From NCBI GenBank assembly GCA_965648905.1, contig CBFGIT010000005.1:68335-132334 (forward strand): a stretch of 64,000 nt of DNA. The letters are read 5' to 3'. The position numbers and the translations under genes were made by a program. Each line of letters opens with the position of its first letter. The first letter of the stretch is position 1. The notes under the pieces were generated by a model, which was given only the letters and a program-made list of their open reading frames with translations, did not search any database and had not been told where the DNA came from. Positions 18,371-29,100 of this stretch are shown piece after piece. Origin of the DNA: a candidate division WOR-3 bacterium. Its GTDB lineage: Bacteria > Hydrothermota > Tepidihabitantia > Tepidihabitantales > Tepidihabitantaceae.

Positions 18371-21300
18371 CTACTCCTCCTCGAACTCGTGGGTGTCGAA
18401 CTTCAATGTCCGGCAGTTTTCGGTGACGATGCGGACGGTCTTTTCCGGCACACCGTCAGGCACGGTGGCGCTGATTTCGAGGGTTACTTCTACGTCCGCA
18501 CCATCGAGCGTCGTGATGTGCTGGAGCACTTCCTGGGCAATCTGGCCCGCATCTCGGGCCATCCTGGTCGGGTCAAGGCTGACTGTGGCGTGGAACCGCT
18601 TCGGCCTGGCCGCTGCCTTGGGCGGCTCTGGTTCGTCCGTTCCGCGACCAGTGCCCGGAGTCTGGCCGGTGCTGGTTCCAGTCACAGTGGTTTCGCCCCG
18701 CCTCCTTGCATCCTCGTCCAACTGTGCCTGCGCGATGTCCGGCTTGACCACGACGCTTGACTCGCTCGCAATCACCCGGCAGCGCGTACCTGCGGCCAAT
18801 CCTGAGTACCGCTTTGTCCTTTCGTCCCAGTTCTGCGCGTAGGCGAACGTGTCAGTTTTCCAGGTGAGCTGGGACACGCCGTCGGCGATAGCTTCGAGCA
18901 GAACCTCAGAATCACGCAGCCGGGGCAGATACAGATATCTGGCAAAGTCTTCGGCCAACTGCCGGACACTCACATGATTCCCCCGCCACAGCGGGATGCG
19001 GTCAAGTTCGATGCGCAGGCGCGTGCCGCCCATTTCAGTGAGCATGGCCTCGTCCCGGACAAGTCGTTTCGAAGCCCGGGGCCCAAGAGAGTCCTGCGCC
19101 TGCAGTCGGACTTCCTGCCATTCTACCGGGTCCTTTGGGTCTTGCTGGGTCGGCACGAGCAGCCATTGGTAAGTTTCGGGCAACCGTACTTTGACCGTTT
19201 CCCGCGCCCGTTCGAGCTTGGTCTCGACCTGGCGCAACTGGAACTGGTCGAGGTTCAACTCCTCGCGGTCACGACTGATTGACTCCCATGCCATGACCTG
19301 CCTGACTGCTGTCTCAAGGTCCTGAAGCTTGACCGCGTCCGGCGCGAGGAAGACGAGCGTGTTCTTGTATTCGCGCGGGCCGTTGCCGCACTTGTCGAGG
19401 ATGGCCGCAGCCTCCTTGCGGGCCGGGCTGTCCTTGACCTTGGTTGAATGGGTGTATGCCGGGCCGAGGATGACCAGGCGGCAGCCTTCTTCGTCCGGCA
19501 CGTCGGCGCTTGAGACGCAGGCGTGTACCCGGACGAACTCGCCCCGATGCCGTGCGTCAGTCTTGAGCAGTTTCTCGATTTCGGCGTGGACGTCTTCTTG
19601 TTTCTGCTGTCCGGCCCGGTCCTCAGCCAGACGCGCGACCGTGGGCTGCAGCGAGTACCAATGGCGGCTGCCGTCGACATAGAGATACGTCGCCCGGTCG
19701 GTCAGACGCCGGAGCGCGTCGCCAAAGATTGCGGGGCTTTCGCCCGGCTGGGCACAGCCGAGCCTGATACGCCGGTCGTCGATGCCCTTGTTCGGGGCCT
19801 GCGTCAGCGGTGCTGTGCCCAGAAAGATGGTCCGGGCAACGCGGCGGCAGGCCGAGTAGCGACCGAGGTCCGTGTTCTCGCCGTCGAGAGCAAGCGGTTG
19901 CGAGTGCGTGCCGTCGACGTCGTTGTCGATGACCGCGTCCCATTGCTGCTCCAGATAGCGGGTCAGCTCTGACTTCACGACCGGGTCATCGATCGGAGCC
20001 GTGGCGGGCATGATGAGCAGGTTCGGGTCGTGCCTTTCCCAGAGTGTGTGGATAACCGAAGCCATCAGGCGCAGGACTCCGCGGGTGCACTGGAACCGGT
20101 CGAGCGTGGACCAGTCGTTGTACAGCCGGTTGAACAACTCCGGGTGTATCGGATAGGCTGCAATAATATCCCGCTCATAGGCTGCTTCGCGGCAGTAGGA
20201 CGGAAACTCCTGAGGCTGGGCCCGGTACATCTCGGAGAAGGCGCGGGCGACCGCATCGCGCATCACAGCCTGGTCCCGGCCGGTAATCGGCTGGAACAGC
20301 CGGCGCCGAACAATCTCGAACCCTTCTACCTGACTGGCAGGATGCCACGGCTCTTCGACCCGCTGGAGCGCGTGCTGCAGGCTGTCGATTGCCCGGCGTC
20401 CCTGGTCCCCGCCGATTTCGTTCTCTGAAGCAGGCACGCTGACCACAAGCATTGTCTTGTCCACGACCTTGGCTGCTTCGCTCAATGCCTGGGCAAAGGT
20501 AAACTGTACGTCAAATGTACCAGCGGGCAGGTCGGCGTCGTCGTGCAACTGCCGGGCATAGGCAATCCACTCGTCAATCAGGATGAGGCAGGGCGCGTAC
20601 CTGGCAAAGAGCTTGTGCAGGGCATCGCCGGGATTGGTGGCGGTCTTGTCCGCATCAGCGACGAGCTTGTACCCCTCCTTGCCGCCCAGTTGCCAGGCAA
20701 TTTCGCCCCAGAGCGTGCGGACGATGGTCCCGTCTGGTTTCTCGTGCTTCTTGCCCGGCGCAATCTTCGTGCCGACGATGACTGCCCGCTTCACGTTCTT
20801 CGGCAGGGTCAGGCCTGCTTCACTCAGGACTGCATCGATTCCGGGCAACTGCGACGCGGCCACGCCGGAGAACAGGTGATACAGAGCCAGTAAGGAGTGG
20901 GTCTTGCCGCCGCCGAAGTTGGTCTTGAGACGGACAACCGGGATGCCGGTGCCGCCGCTCAGCCGCCTGACCGCGGGCAGAAGCAGGCCGGTCAGGCCCT
21001 GAGTCAGGAACGTCCGGCGGAAGAACTCGGTCGGGTCCTGATATTCGGCCGACGCCTGATTCTGATAGACCTGCCAAAGGTCGGCAGCAAACTCGGCCTT
21101 CTGGTAGTTGCCCGAGGCAACATCCGGGTGCGGGGTGACGACCTCGCGCCACGGCTTCAGGCCGGCCAAAGGCGTACCACTGATAGCCATCTCCGTCTGG
21201 CGCCGCGTTGCGCTCCGGCGCTGTTCGTCGAACTTCACCCGCAGCACTTCATCGCGCTGTTTCTCCACTTCGGCGGCCTGCTCGGCGGAAACTGCCTGCA

Positions 21301-21655
21301 GCAGCCGGGCAATGCTGTCGAGCGCGCGATAGGTATCGTCGTAAGAGAAGGTGTCCTGGTGCGCCCACTTGATTCTCACTTCACGCAACTCGCTCACCAG
21401 CGAGCGCTCGGCATGGCCGAGCACCCGCTTGAACACCTTGTTCCAATGGTCCCACATCACAGCCAGCAAGGCCTGGGCGTCCCACTTTACGCCCCGGTCT
21501 TTTTTCGGATACTGGTCCTCGTGCAGGGAGTCCTTTGCGAACTCGACCCACGAATCACCCAGCACTGACCTCATCTCGCGCTCGACAAACGGCGCAAGCC
21601 CTGCGACAAGCAAGTCCAGGGCTGCGCCGACTCGCTGCTGATTAGTCAAAGCCAT
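18371..21655 (-). CDS. DUF499 AAA+ ATPase with N-terminal Swt1-like HEPN domain
   Basis: ELREVRIKWAH (RX4H); PWREVVTPHPDV..EFAADL; Walker A TNFGGGKTHS; Walker B LILIDE; YPIHPELF; FQCTRGVLRL. Confidence 0.9.
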   Translation of the reverse strand: MALTNQQRVGAALDLLVAGLAPFVEREMRSVLGDSWVEFAKDSLHEDQYPKKDRGVKWDAQALLAVMWDHWNKVFKRVLGHAERSLVSELREVRIKWAHQDTFSYDDTYRALDSIARLLQAVSAEQAAEVEKQRDEVLRVKFDEQRRSATRRQTEMAISGTPLAGLKPWREVVTPHPDVASGNYQKAEFAADLWQVYQNQASAEYQDPTEFFRRTFLTQGLTGLLLPAVRRLSGGTGIPVVRLKTNFGGGKTHSLLALYHLFSGVAASQLPGIDAVLSEAGLTLPKNVKRAVIVGTKIAPGKKHEKPDGTIVRTLWGEIAWQLGGKEGYKLVADADKTATNPGDALHKLFARYAPCLILIDEWIAYARQLHDDADLPAGTFDVQFTFAQALSEAAKVVDKTMLVVSVPASENEIGGDQGRRAIDSLQHALQRVEEPWHPASQVEGFEIVRRRLFQPITGRDQAVMRDAVARAFSEMYRAQPQEFPSYCREAAYERDIIAAYPIHPELFNRLYNDWSTLDRFQCTRGVLRLMASVIHTLWERHDPNLLIMPATAPIDDPVVKSELTRYLEQQWDAVIDNDVDGTHSQPLALDGENTDLGRYSACRRVARTIFLGTAPLTQAPNKGIDDRRIRLGCAQPGESPAIFGDALRRLTDRATYLYVDGSRHWYSLQPTVARLAEDRAGQQKQEDVHAEIEKLLKTDARHRGEFVRVHACVSSADVPDEEGCRLVILGPAYTHSTKVKDSPARKEAAAILDKCGNGPREYKNTLVFLAPDAVKLQDLETAVRQVMAWESISRDREELNLDQFQLRQVETKLERARETVKVRLPETYQWLLVPTQQDPKDPVEWQEVRLQAQDSLGPRASKRLVRDEAMLTEMGGTRLRIELDRIPLWRGNHVSVRQLAEDFARYLYLPRLRDSEVLLEAIADGVSQLTWKTDTFAYAQNWDERTKRYSGLAAGTRCRVIASESSVVVKPDIAQAQLDEDARRRGETTVTGTSTGQTPGTGRGTDEPEPPKAAARPKRFHATVSLDPTRMARDAGQIAQEVLQHITTLDGADVEVTLEISATVPDGVPEKTVRIVTENCRTLKFDTHEFEEE

Positions 21656-21658
21656 AGA

Positions 21659-24547
21659 TTACTCCTCTCCGAACAGCCTGCCGGTCTCAGCTCGCCGGCT
21701 CGACTGGGCCAGCTCCAATATCTCAGGCCAGGCGATGACAAGGCTATTGTATGCCAACGCCTCTTTGGCCCACTGCTTTCGCTCGCAGATAGAATACAGC
21801 CGGTAAGCCAGCGCCCGCGCTTCCTCGCTCTTGCCCGCGCCCAGTTTGGCTACCAGCGCGGCCGCGGCCTGCCTGCCACCCTGCTCCAACGCCCGAATCA
21901 ACTGCTGGGTGCACTCCCAGACAGTCAGACGCTTATCCTGAACAGGGTCCCAGTCCTCGGGCAACTCATCGCGCTCGAGCAGTCGCACTTTGCCCGCCTT
22001 GGCGACAAGGACTCCGGCCTCTGCCAGCCCGTTCACCGCGGTATTCATCGCCCGGGCCAGCACGTCGGCCTGACCAAACTCGCCTTCGTCCATTCCATGC
22101 TGGCCGAACCACGCAACGCAGAACCGTGTGTCCCTATCCAGCTCGCCCTCCTGCTCGGCAAGATAGGCATCAAGCTCCTGATTGATTATCTGCAAAGCGG
22201 TGCGCACCGACATCGGCCCGCCATCAGCCTCAACCACCTTTGAATACCGCGAGAACACGGCCATCCCCGGCCCGATTGCGGCCTGCGCGAAGTCCACGGG
22301 CGCGACATTCCCCTGCTGCAGCTTGGCCAGGGCGTCCGGCAGTTCCTTCTTCAGCCTTGCGCCAAACTCCTTCCGCGTGGCAATCGGCGCATCTGAAGGA
22401 CGACGACGGCAGACAAGGACGATGCTGGACGCAAGTGCATTGGAGTTCTTCCCGACAAGACGGCGGTCTAGCTCAGTCCGCGTCGGCCATGTGCCGGTCA
22501 CTGCGAAGCCAGCCTGCTTTGCAGCATCGAGAAACGCGTCCCATCCTGTACTGGCAACGCCCTCATCGCCTTCGCTCTCAGACTGCTTAAACGCGTAGTA
22601 GATTGTAACCGGGAACGCGGGATGCGCCTGTTCGGCCAGACGGTGCATCGCCTCGGTCATTCCATCGAGAAAGAACGCCTCCGCCTTGTCCTTACTCCCG
22701 TGGCGGTAGGGCGTGGCGACGAGTTCTTCCGCCTTGGGCACGGCGAGGGTGGCGAACAAGTCAGGAAACACCGGCTGTAGCGAACGCCGCAGCCAGACGT
22801 AGAAGAAGTCGGACAGGTCGGCGTAACCTATGTTGTCAAAGTACGGCGGGTCGGTTGAGACTACCCTGAAGTTCTGTGGAACGTACGACTGTGCGACAGC
22901 CTGCGCCGCGTGACCGGCCCAGGTGGACTCTGTTCCCTGAAGCCCGGTGGCGATCGACGTGATGCCTCCATCAAAGTTGCCACTTGAGTCCGAAAGTGCA
23001 TTTGTCTCAGCGAAATCCCAAACCATGGGTATGGCCTGTCTGCCGAAGGTATTGCGAGCGTGTTCCCTCAAGGTAGCCCACGCGCAGATTGTGGAGTTGC
23101 GGTCTGCGAGCTTGTCTACCGCAAGTGCAAGATACACCGCGACCGCGTCGGCGTAGGCGGTTGCGCCGGTTCCGCCGTCGCGCAAGGGGACGCCGTCATC
23201 GGGCAGGCCGGCGATTACTGCGTCGCGCTTCGCCATCTCGCGTGCTTCCTGCACCAAATCCGAAAACGTCGTCAGGGCAACAAGCTGGCGGGGCGTGAAG
23301 AGGTCGGCGAAAGTCTCCATGCCGTAGAGCGGCATCTGATCGCGAGCCTTGCCGTGCAGTGGTGCCTCCGGCTTCCACGCCGGCTGAGCACTGTGCGGCG
23401 CAGCCTCGTGCTCAGGCGTTGGCGGCAGGTACACTCGTCCACGATTGCCTTCGGCTACGATGGCCATCAGCCGCGCTCCCATACGCCCGGCTCTGCCTTC
23501 GGCTTTGATGTAGTCGCCTGCAATCACTGAACCCGACATCAAGCAGCGGAAGTTGGCGCCGCGCGCGAGTTTGGTCCCATTCTTCGCCGCCTCGGCGTCT
23601 TTGGGTCTGCCGACCTTCACCGTGAAGCGGTAGCCGTTGCCTTCTATCACCGGCTCGACGTAGGCTTCTTTGCCTTCTCTGGTCGAGAGCATGAAGGTCG
23701 AGACAAGTGGTACGTCTATGTTCCTGAAAGCGGGATTGGGACTCTTGACCGTGCGTGCCCAGAGCCAGGCGATGACCGTGAGTTCCTTGCCAACATATTG
23801 CTTCAGATCAGGCCGGTCTTTGGCCATTTCGGCCGTGACCTTTACCTTTGGGTAGAGATGACCGATTCGCTTCTCGGCCTCGTCCCGCATCCACTGGCCG
23901 TAGTAGCGCACGTCTTCGGCAAGGCCCTGCGCTCCGCGCCAGGTAGACGTGATGTGCGCCCGGCGTGCCTCAGGGTTCACCGGCGGTCTGCCTGCGAACC
24001 TGGGCGGGATTTCGATCATCGCCTTACAGATAAGCACCGCGACTGGGTTTAAGTCGCTGGCATAGGCTTCAAGTCCGAGCCGCTGCGCCTCAAGCGGCAG
24101 GGCACCGCCGCCGGCAAAGGGGTCGTGGAAGGCGGGAAGTTTGTCCGGGTTGAAGAGCTCCTTTGCCCGCAGATGGTTGGCGTTCTCGGCACAGGTGCGA
24201 CGCCAGCTTTGCCTGATTTCCTCTCGCGCCCGCTCCAGCACGGTCTCATTGGTGGTGTTCTCCCACAGCACGAGGTCCTCTATGATGCGGAAGAGCCGCT
24301 CGCGTTCTTTCTCCTGTGCCTTTTCGGTCGGGAACAGGTCAGGCCAGGCCGAAGGGTCGTCCACCATCTGCGCAAATATCACGGCCCGCGCCGCAGCCAG
24401 TGGACGGCGTGCCCACCAGAGATGGAGCGTGCTTGGGTGTCCGTGGCGAATGGACTTTTCTCGCGCTGAGGCCTCGTTGATTGCCTCAAGCGGCAGGGCG
24501 ACTTCGATGAGCTTCTTGCGGTATGGCAGGGTAGGGTTATCGCTCAT
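21659..24547 (-). CDS. DUF1156 adenine DNA methyltransferase
   Basis: [20 protein letters not shown]; motif I DPFAGGG; motif [20 protein letters not shown]. Confidence 0.92.
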   Translation of the reverse strand: MSDNPTLPYRKKLIEVALPLEAINEASAREKSIRHGHPSTLHLWWARRPLAAARAVIFAQMVDDPSAWPDLFPTEKAQEKERERLFRIIEDLVLWENTTNETVLERAREEIRQSWRRTCAENANHLRAKELFNPDKLPAFHDPFAGGGALPLEAQRLGLEAYASDLNPVAVLICKAMIEIPPRFAGRPPVNPEARRAHITSTWRGAQGLAEDVRYYGQWMRDEAEKRIGHLYPKVKVTAEMAKDRPDLKQYVGKELTVIAWLWARTVKSPNPAFRNIDVPLVSTFMLSTREGKEAYVEPVIEGNGYRFTVKVGRPKDAEAAKNGTKLARGANFRCLMSGSVIAGDYIKAEGRAGRMGARLMAIVAEGNRGRVYLPPTPEHEAAPHSAQPAWKPEAPLHGKARDQMPLYGMETFADLFTPRQLVALTTFSDLVQEAREMAKRDAVIAGLPDDGVPLRDGGTGATAYADAVAVYLALAVDKLADRNSTICAWATLREHARNTFGRQAIPMVWDFAETNALSDSSGNFDGGITSIATGLQGTESTWAGHAAQAVAQSYVPQNFRVVSTDPPYFDNIGYADLSDFFYVWLRRSLQPVFPDLFATLAVPKAEELVATPYRHGSKDKAEAFFLDGMTEAMHRLAEQAHPAFPVTIYYAFKQSESEGDEGVASTGWDAFLDAAKQAGFAVTGTWPTRTELDRRLVGKNSNALASSIVLVCRRRPSDAPIATRKEFGARLKKELPDALAKLQQGNVAPVDFAQAAIGPGMAVFSRYSKVVEADGGPMSVRTALQIINQELDAYLAEQEGELDRDTRFCVAWFGQHGMDEGEFGQADVLARAMNTAVNGLAEAGVLVAKAGKVRLLERDELPEDWDPVQDKRLTVWECTQQLIRALEQGGRQAAAALVAKLGAGKSEEARALAYRLYSICERKQWAKEALAYNSLVIAWPEILELAQSSRRAETGRLFGEE

Positions 24548-24550
24548 GGC

Positions 24551-26164
24551 TCAGGGCCTCCATTTCGGATGAGTTCTGAGTGCTGGCTTGGTCGCGCCGC
24601 GCTTGGCCGGTTTGTGTTGGGTTTGGCCCATTTGTGGCCCATTTCGCGGAACTGACGGACGAGCCATTTGAGCCATTTGTGAGCCATTTCCTGGATTGTG
24701 TCCGGCAGAGCCATTTGAGCCATTCTTGAGTCGTTTCTTCGGAACACGGTAGGCGGAACCGCGTCCGGCTCCGACCGGCTCCAGCAACCCCTTGTTCACC
24801 AAATCCTCTAGGTCACGCTTGGCCGTTGGCCGGCTCGTATCTGCCGCCTCCTGGTATCGGGCGTTGGTCAATCTGCCCTCGGTCTTGGCCACCGCGATCC
24901 CTTTCATCTGGCGTTCGTTCAGCCCGGCGGCTTCAAGCACTTCGGTGGTCAGCCAGTCACGCCACATGGTCTGGATGAACTGGCCGCCGTCTTGTCTGAA
25001 GTCGGGCTCAGGCAGTTCGGCTTTGCGGCAGAGGTCAATCATGTCGAGGATGCCGGTGCCCGCTTTCTCGATGTAGCGGACGAGATAGAGCGGGTCGGCA
25101 ATCAGCGGGTTGCGGGGAATCGAGGCATGAGGCTTGCGCAGGAGCTCGGGCGTGAGCGCGGGCGGCAGTTCACCGGGATTCCAGACTTCGAGCCGGTCAG
25201 CAAAGAGCATCACCTGGACACTGGCATTCGAGCTGTAGTCGCGGTGCGCGACCGCGTTCACGATGGCCTCAGCCACGGCGTCGCGCGGCAGTTCGTAGGT
25301 GACCGGGGCCTGCGGTCCGGCTGCGCGCGTGCCGACCGTGCGGGTAATCCTGGACATCACGAAGTCGACCGCCTGGTCAACCAGCTCGAACACGTCACCC
25401 CGGTACACCTGGTAGGACGGAATCGGTTTGCGGACCTCGGTCCCGTGGAAGTGCAGGCATTTTACCTCTGACGTAATCAGGAATCGCTGGGGCTGCCTGC
25501 TGAAGAGGAGCACCGCGGCGCGGGTCGGCCGGTCTCCGTCGAGCAGGTTCATGTGAGCCAAAGCGTCCGGCAGCGGCGTCCCCGGTCCGAGTGGATATCC
25601 GCGGGCGCGCTGCGCCCGCGCCAGGAATCCGGCGACCTTTTCCTCAGCGATGTCCTCCAGCGACGCATCCGGACAGGCGGTGGCGTCAAACGGCCGCTGG
25701 CTGATTGCTCCCTGCTCCAGCAGGTACGTGACAAGGCTGGCGTAGACCAGTCGGTTCAGGTCGGCAGTGCCGACAAACCTGCGTCGGACAAGTTGCTGCT
25801 CGGCCTTGCGGATGAGCTGGAGCATCTTCGGCTCACGCACCGAGTCATCAGACCCCTTCACGTAGACGAGTCGGCACTTGCCCTGCTCGGTTGCCCGGTC
25901 AAATTCGCGCTCGGTCGCGGACAGCCCGTCTTCGCCTGCGGCTCCGTACTCATTGCCGAACAGGCCGAGGTACACGTCGCACCGGTCCACCTCAGTCAGG
26001 TACACCGCGCGCGCCACGCGGCTCCCGGCCGGCTGCTCCTCGAACAGAAACAGGTCGAAGAAGCGGCCGAGCAGCGGGTCACCACGCAGGTAACCAGCCA
26101 GCGCCTCACGTTCGGGCTTCATCTCTTTCTGGACGTTGCTGACGAAAATGCGCAGTCTCTTCAT
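24551..26164 (-). CDS. DUF4062 (TIR/NDT-like) + RecG-C/HATPase_c_4 + HTH protein
   Basis: RIFVSNVQKEM..CDVYLGLFGNEYG..SATEREF; EAIVNAVAHRDY; NPG; YIEKAGTGI; LNERQ..TAKRDLEDLV. Confidence 0.85.
   Translation of the reverse strand: MKRLRIFVSNVQKEMKPEREALAGYLRGDPLLGRFFDLFLFEEQPAGSRVARAVYLTEVDRCDVYLGLFGNEYGAAGEDGLSATEREFDRATEQGKCRLVYVKGSDDSVREPKMLQLIRKAEQQLVRRRFVGTADLNRLVYASLVTYLLEQGAISQRPFDATACPDASLEDIAEEKVAGFLARAQRARGYPLGPGTPLPDALAHMNLLDGDRPTRAAVLLFSRQPQRFLITSEVKCLHFHGTEVRKPIPSYQVYRGDVFELVDQAVDFVMSRITRTVGTRAAGPQAPVTYELPRDAVAEAIVNAVAHRDYSSNASVQVMLFADRLEVWNPGELPPALTPELLRKPHASIPRNPLIADPLYLVRYIEKAGTGILDMIDLCRKAELPEPDFRQDGGQFIQTMWRDWLTTEVLEAAGLNERQMKGIAVAKTEGRLTNARYQEAADTSRPTAKRDLEDLVNKGLLEPVGAGRGSAYRVPKKRLKNGSNGSAGHNPGNGSQMAQMARPSVPRNGPQMGQTQHKPAKRGATKPALRTHPKWRP
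24624..24725. repeat. GAGCCATTT/GGCCCATTT short repeats in the 3' end of the DUF4062 gene
   Basis: About 7 copies between 24624 and 24725. Confidence 0.65.
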
Positions 26165-26167
26165 CGG

Positions 26168-29100
26168 CTATGCCTTGTCGGTCCGGCTCCTGCCCCGGGC
26201 GAGCAGTTCGCTCAGACTATAGTTCACGCTCGTGACGCCGAAGTCCGGCTCGCGCTGGAACGGCGACTTGATGTAGATAGGCTCGCTTGCAGTCTGGCCC
26301 GCGACCGGCACGATGGCGAGGATATACTCGTCCGGTTTGTTCAGGCCGGTAAGTATCTCGTTCTTGGTGATGGTCACGGTGTCGGCGTTCTCGGCCCGGC
26401 CTTTGACTTCGATGAAGAGCAGCCTGCCGGTGTTCGGAATCGCCGACTCGATATCATAGCCCAGGTTCTGGTCGGAAACATCCTGGGGCAGGCGGCCAAG
26501 TCGCCGCTCGGTTGCCATCACCGCGGCCATTGCCAGTTGCTCGACCGCTTTTCGGTCAGCCTCAGCCCGGTCGTGAACTGCCGGAGCTTGGCCGCTCAAC
26601 CGGTCGATCAGTCCCTGGGGCACGACGAGCGCACCGCCGATGACTACGGGCGGCAGGGGCGAGATGCTGCGCTCCTGTTCAAGTTCCTCAAGGCGCTTCT
26701 GCATCCGCGCCTGCAGTTCGTCCGCGCGCTGGCGGGCCTTTCCAGAGTTCATCCTGGCATTGGGTTTGCCCGCGAGTTCCTGTTCCTTGAGTTGGTTCGC
26801 ACGATGGTCCCAGTAGTTGATCTCTTTGGACAACCGTTCTTTGACGGCCTGGGAAGTCCGGGAGATGAGGTCGAGCTTGGTGCGCCTGACTTCTTCGAGG
26901 TGGCGGGGGATAAGGTGCTCGGCCGCGTATTGCAGAATCGTCGACTCGTGGTCGCGCGTCAGCCAGTCGGCCTCCAGCTCACCGGCTATCAAACGCCGGT
27001 TCTCTTCGCTGATTGGGGCGTAGTTCAGGTACGGAGCCGAGCCGGCGTTCCTGACGTTGCCGTCGCGGTCGATTTCCATGAACTGCAACCGCTTGGAGAC
27101 GATTCGCCGCGTGCCGTCGCGGTTCAACCGGCCGTCCTGCAGCGCGTGTTCGAGAAAGAAGAGCATCCGCACCCGGTCTGAGGTATCGGTCGGGTCAACC
27201 AGTACCGCACCGCGCTTGAGCACGTCGCGGTCTCTTTCCAGCAGCAGGTCGATAGTCGCATCCAGCAGGGGATGGCCCGGGCAGACAAACTCGGCCATCG
27301 GTTTACCGGAGAGGCTCATCAGTTCCTTGTCAAAGCAGATGCGCTCGTAGCGTGACAGCAGGGGTGTGCCGACACCGATGAGCCGGTCCCGCTGGCGTAA
27401 GGCGGCTGGGACGTGCTTGATTTCGAACCGGCGCGGCTCGCGTTCGTGGATGGTGCCGCCGAGGCGGCGAAAGGCCTCGATGAAGAAAGTGCGGATGAAG
27501 TGCGGCTGGAGCCGGCGCGCCTCGGCCCGCTCCATGTCTTCGCGCACGCGTCGCACCTTGGCCGCATCCATCGCATCATGAGCCAGGGCCCGCTCTTCGA
27601 GCAGGTCACACAGGTGCTCGTGGTCGAGCTTCTCGTCGATGACCTGATTCAGCCGGGCCTTGACTTCGGGCCGGTCACCGTAGCGAATCGCCTCGATCAG
27701 CAGCTTGCGCAGTTCTGTGCCCTCAAACGCCTTGCCGAGCACGTCGAACACGCCGCCACCCAAGGCTTCGCGCTCGGTTCTGAGTTTCTCCAGCAGTCGG
27801 TAGTAAACATCGCCCTCGCGGGTTTCGTGGGCGACCAAACTCCACATATGGCAAACCTCGGTCTGGCCGATGCGGTGAATGCGGCCGAAACGTTGTTCAA
27901 GTCGGTTCGGGTTCCAGGGCAGGTCGTAGTTGACTAACAGGTGGGCACGCTGGAGGTTGATGCCCTCGCCGGCCGCATCGGTGGCAACAAGGATATGTAC
28001 GTCCTTGTCTTGGGTGAACAACTCCTGCATCTTCCGGCGTTCTTCGCGGCCGAGCCCGCCGTGAATGACCACGACTTCTTCGGCACGGCCCAGCAAAGAC
28101 CGTATCTTGCTGACCAGGTAATTGATGGTGTCCCGGTGTTCGCTGAAGATGATGAGTTTGCGGCGCAGGCCTCGGGCATCGAACATCTGGGTGCGGTTCT
28201 GGATCAGGCGCGACAGTTCTTCCCACTTCCGGTCCGTGCCCTGCCGGCGGAGTTGTCCAGCCTCGGCTTCAAGGGTCTTGAGAGTGGCGATTTCGGCCTC
28301 AAGCTCGGCAATGGTGCGGGCTGCTGAAGCCTGTTCAACTATCGTGTCTTCGAGCTGCTCGACTTCGTCATCAGGCGCGTCGTCCAGGTCGAGCAAGTGC
28401 TCTTCGTCAATGTCAGGCAGGCCGCTGGGTTCTTCGAGTTCTGCGTCACGGCCGCGGCGCAGGAGCTTCGCTTCGCGCAGCCGTTTCTCCAGCCTTTCGC
28501 GGCGGCGCTGCAGCGACTTGTAGATTGCCTCGGGCGAGGACGCCAGCCGGCGTTGCAGGGTGGTCAAGGCAAAGCCGACGCGGTTGCCGCGACGACCTTC
28601 GCCTTCAGCAGCGAGCCGGTCAGCGCGGTTCATCTCATTGCGCACGTAGTCGGTGACGTGGGCGTAGAGCTGCGCTTCGGCTAGCGACAGGTCGTACTTG
28701 ACGGTGTAGGCCCGGCGCTCAGGAAAGAGCGGCGTGCCGTCGAACTTTACGAGCTGCTCTTTGACCAGCCGGCGCATCAGGTCGTGGGTGTCGGTCACGT
28801 GTACGCCGTCCCGGAACCGGCCCTCGAACCGGTCGGCATCGAGCAGAGCCATGAACAACTGGAAGTCTTCTTCTTTACCGCTGTGCGGGGTCGCGGTGAG
28901 GAACAAGAGGTGCCGAGTCCGCTCGGGCGAGCCGAGTAGTCTTCCCAGCTTGTAGCGCATCGTTTCCTTGACTTCGTTGCCGTAGTAGTGGGCCGACATC
29001 TTGTGTGCCTCGTCGACCACGATCAGGTCCCACTCGGTCTGCTGGAGCATCGCCTGGATGCGCTCGTTGCGGCTCATGTGATCGAGCCGGCTGATGACCA

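Noticed and set aside
25553..27181. 542-aa plus-strand ORF
   Set aside because: Antisense shadow of the DUF4062 and SNF2 genes; no recognisable motifs. Such shadows are common in GC-rich DNA.
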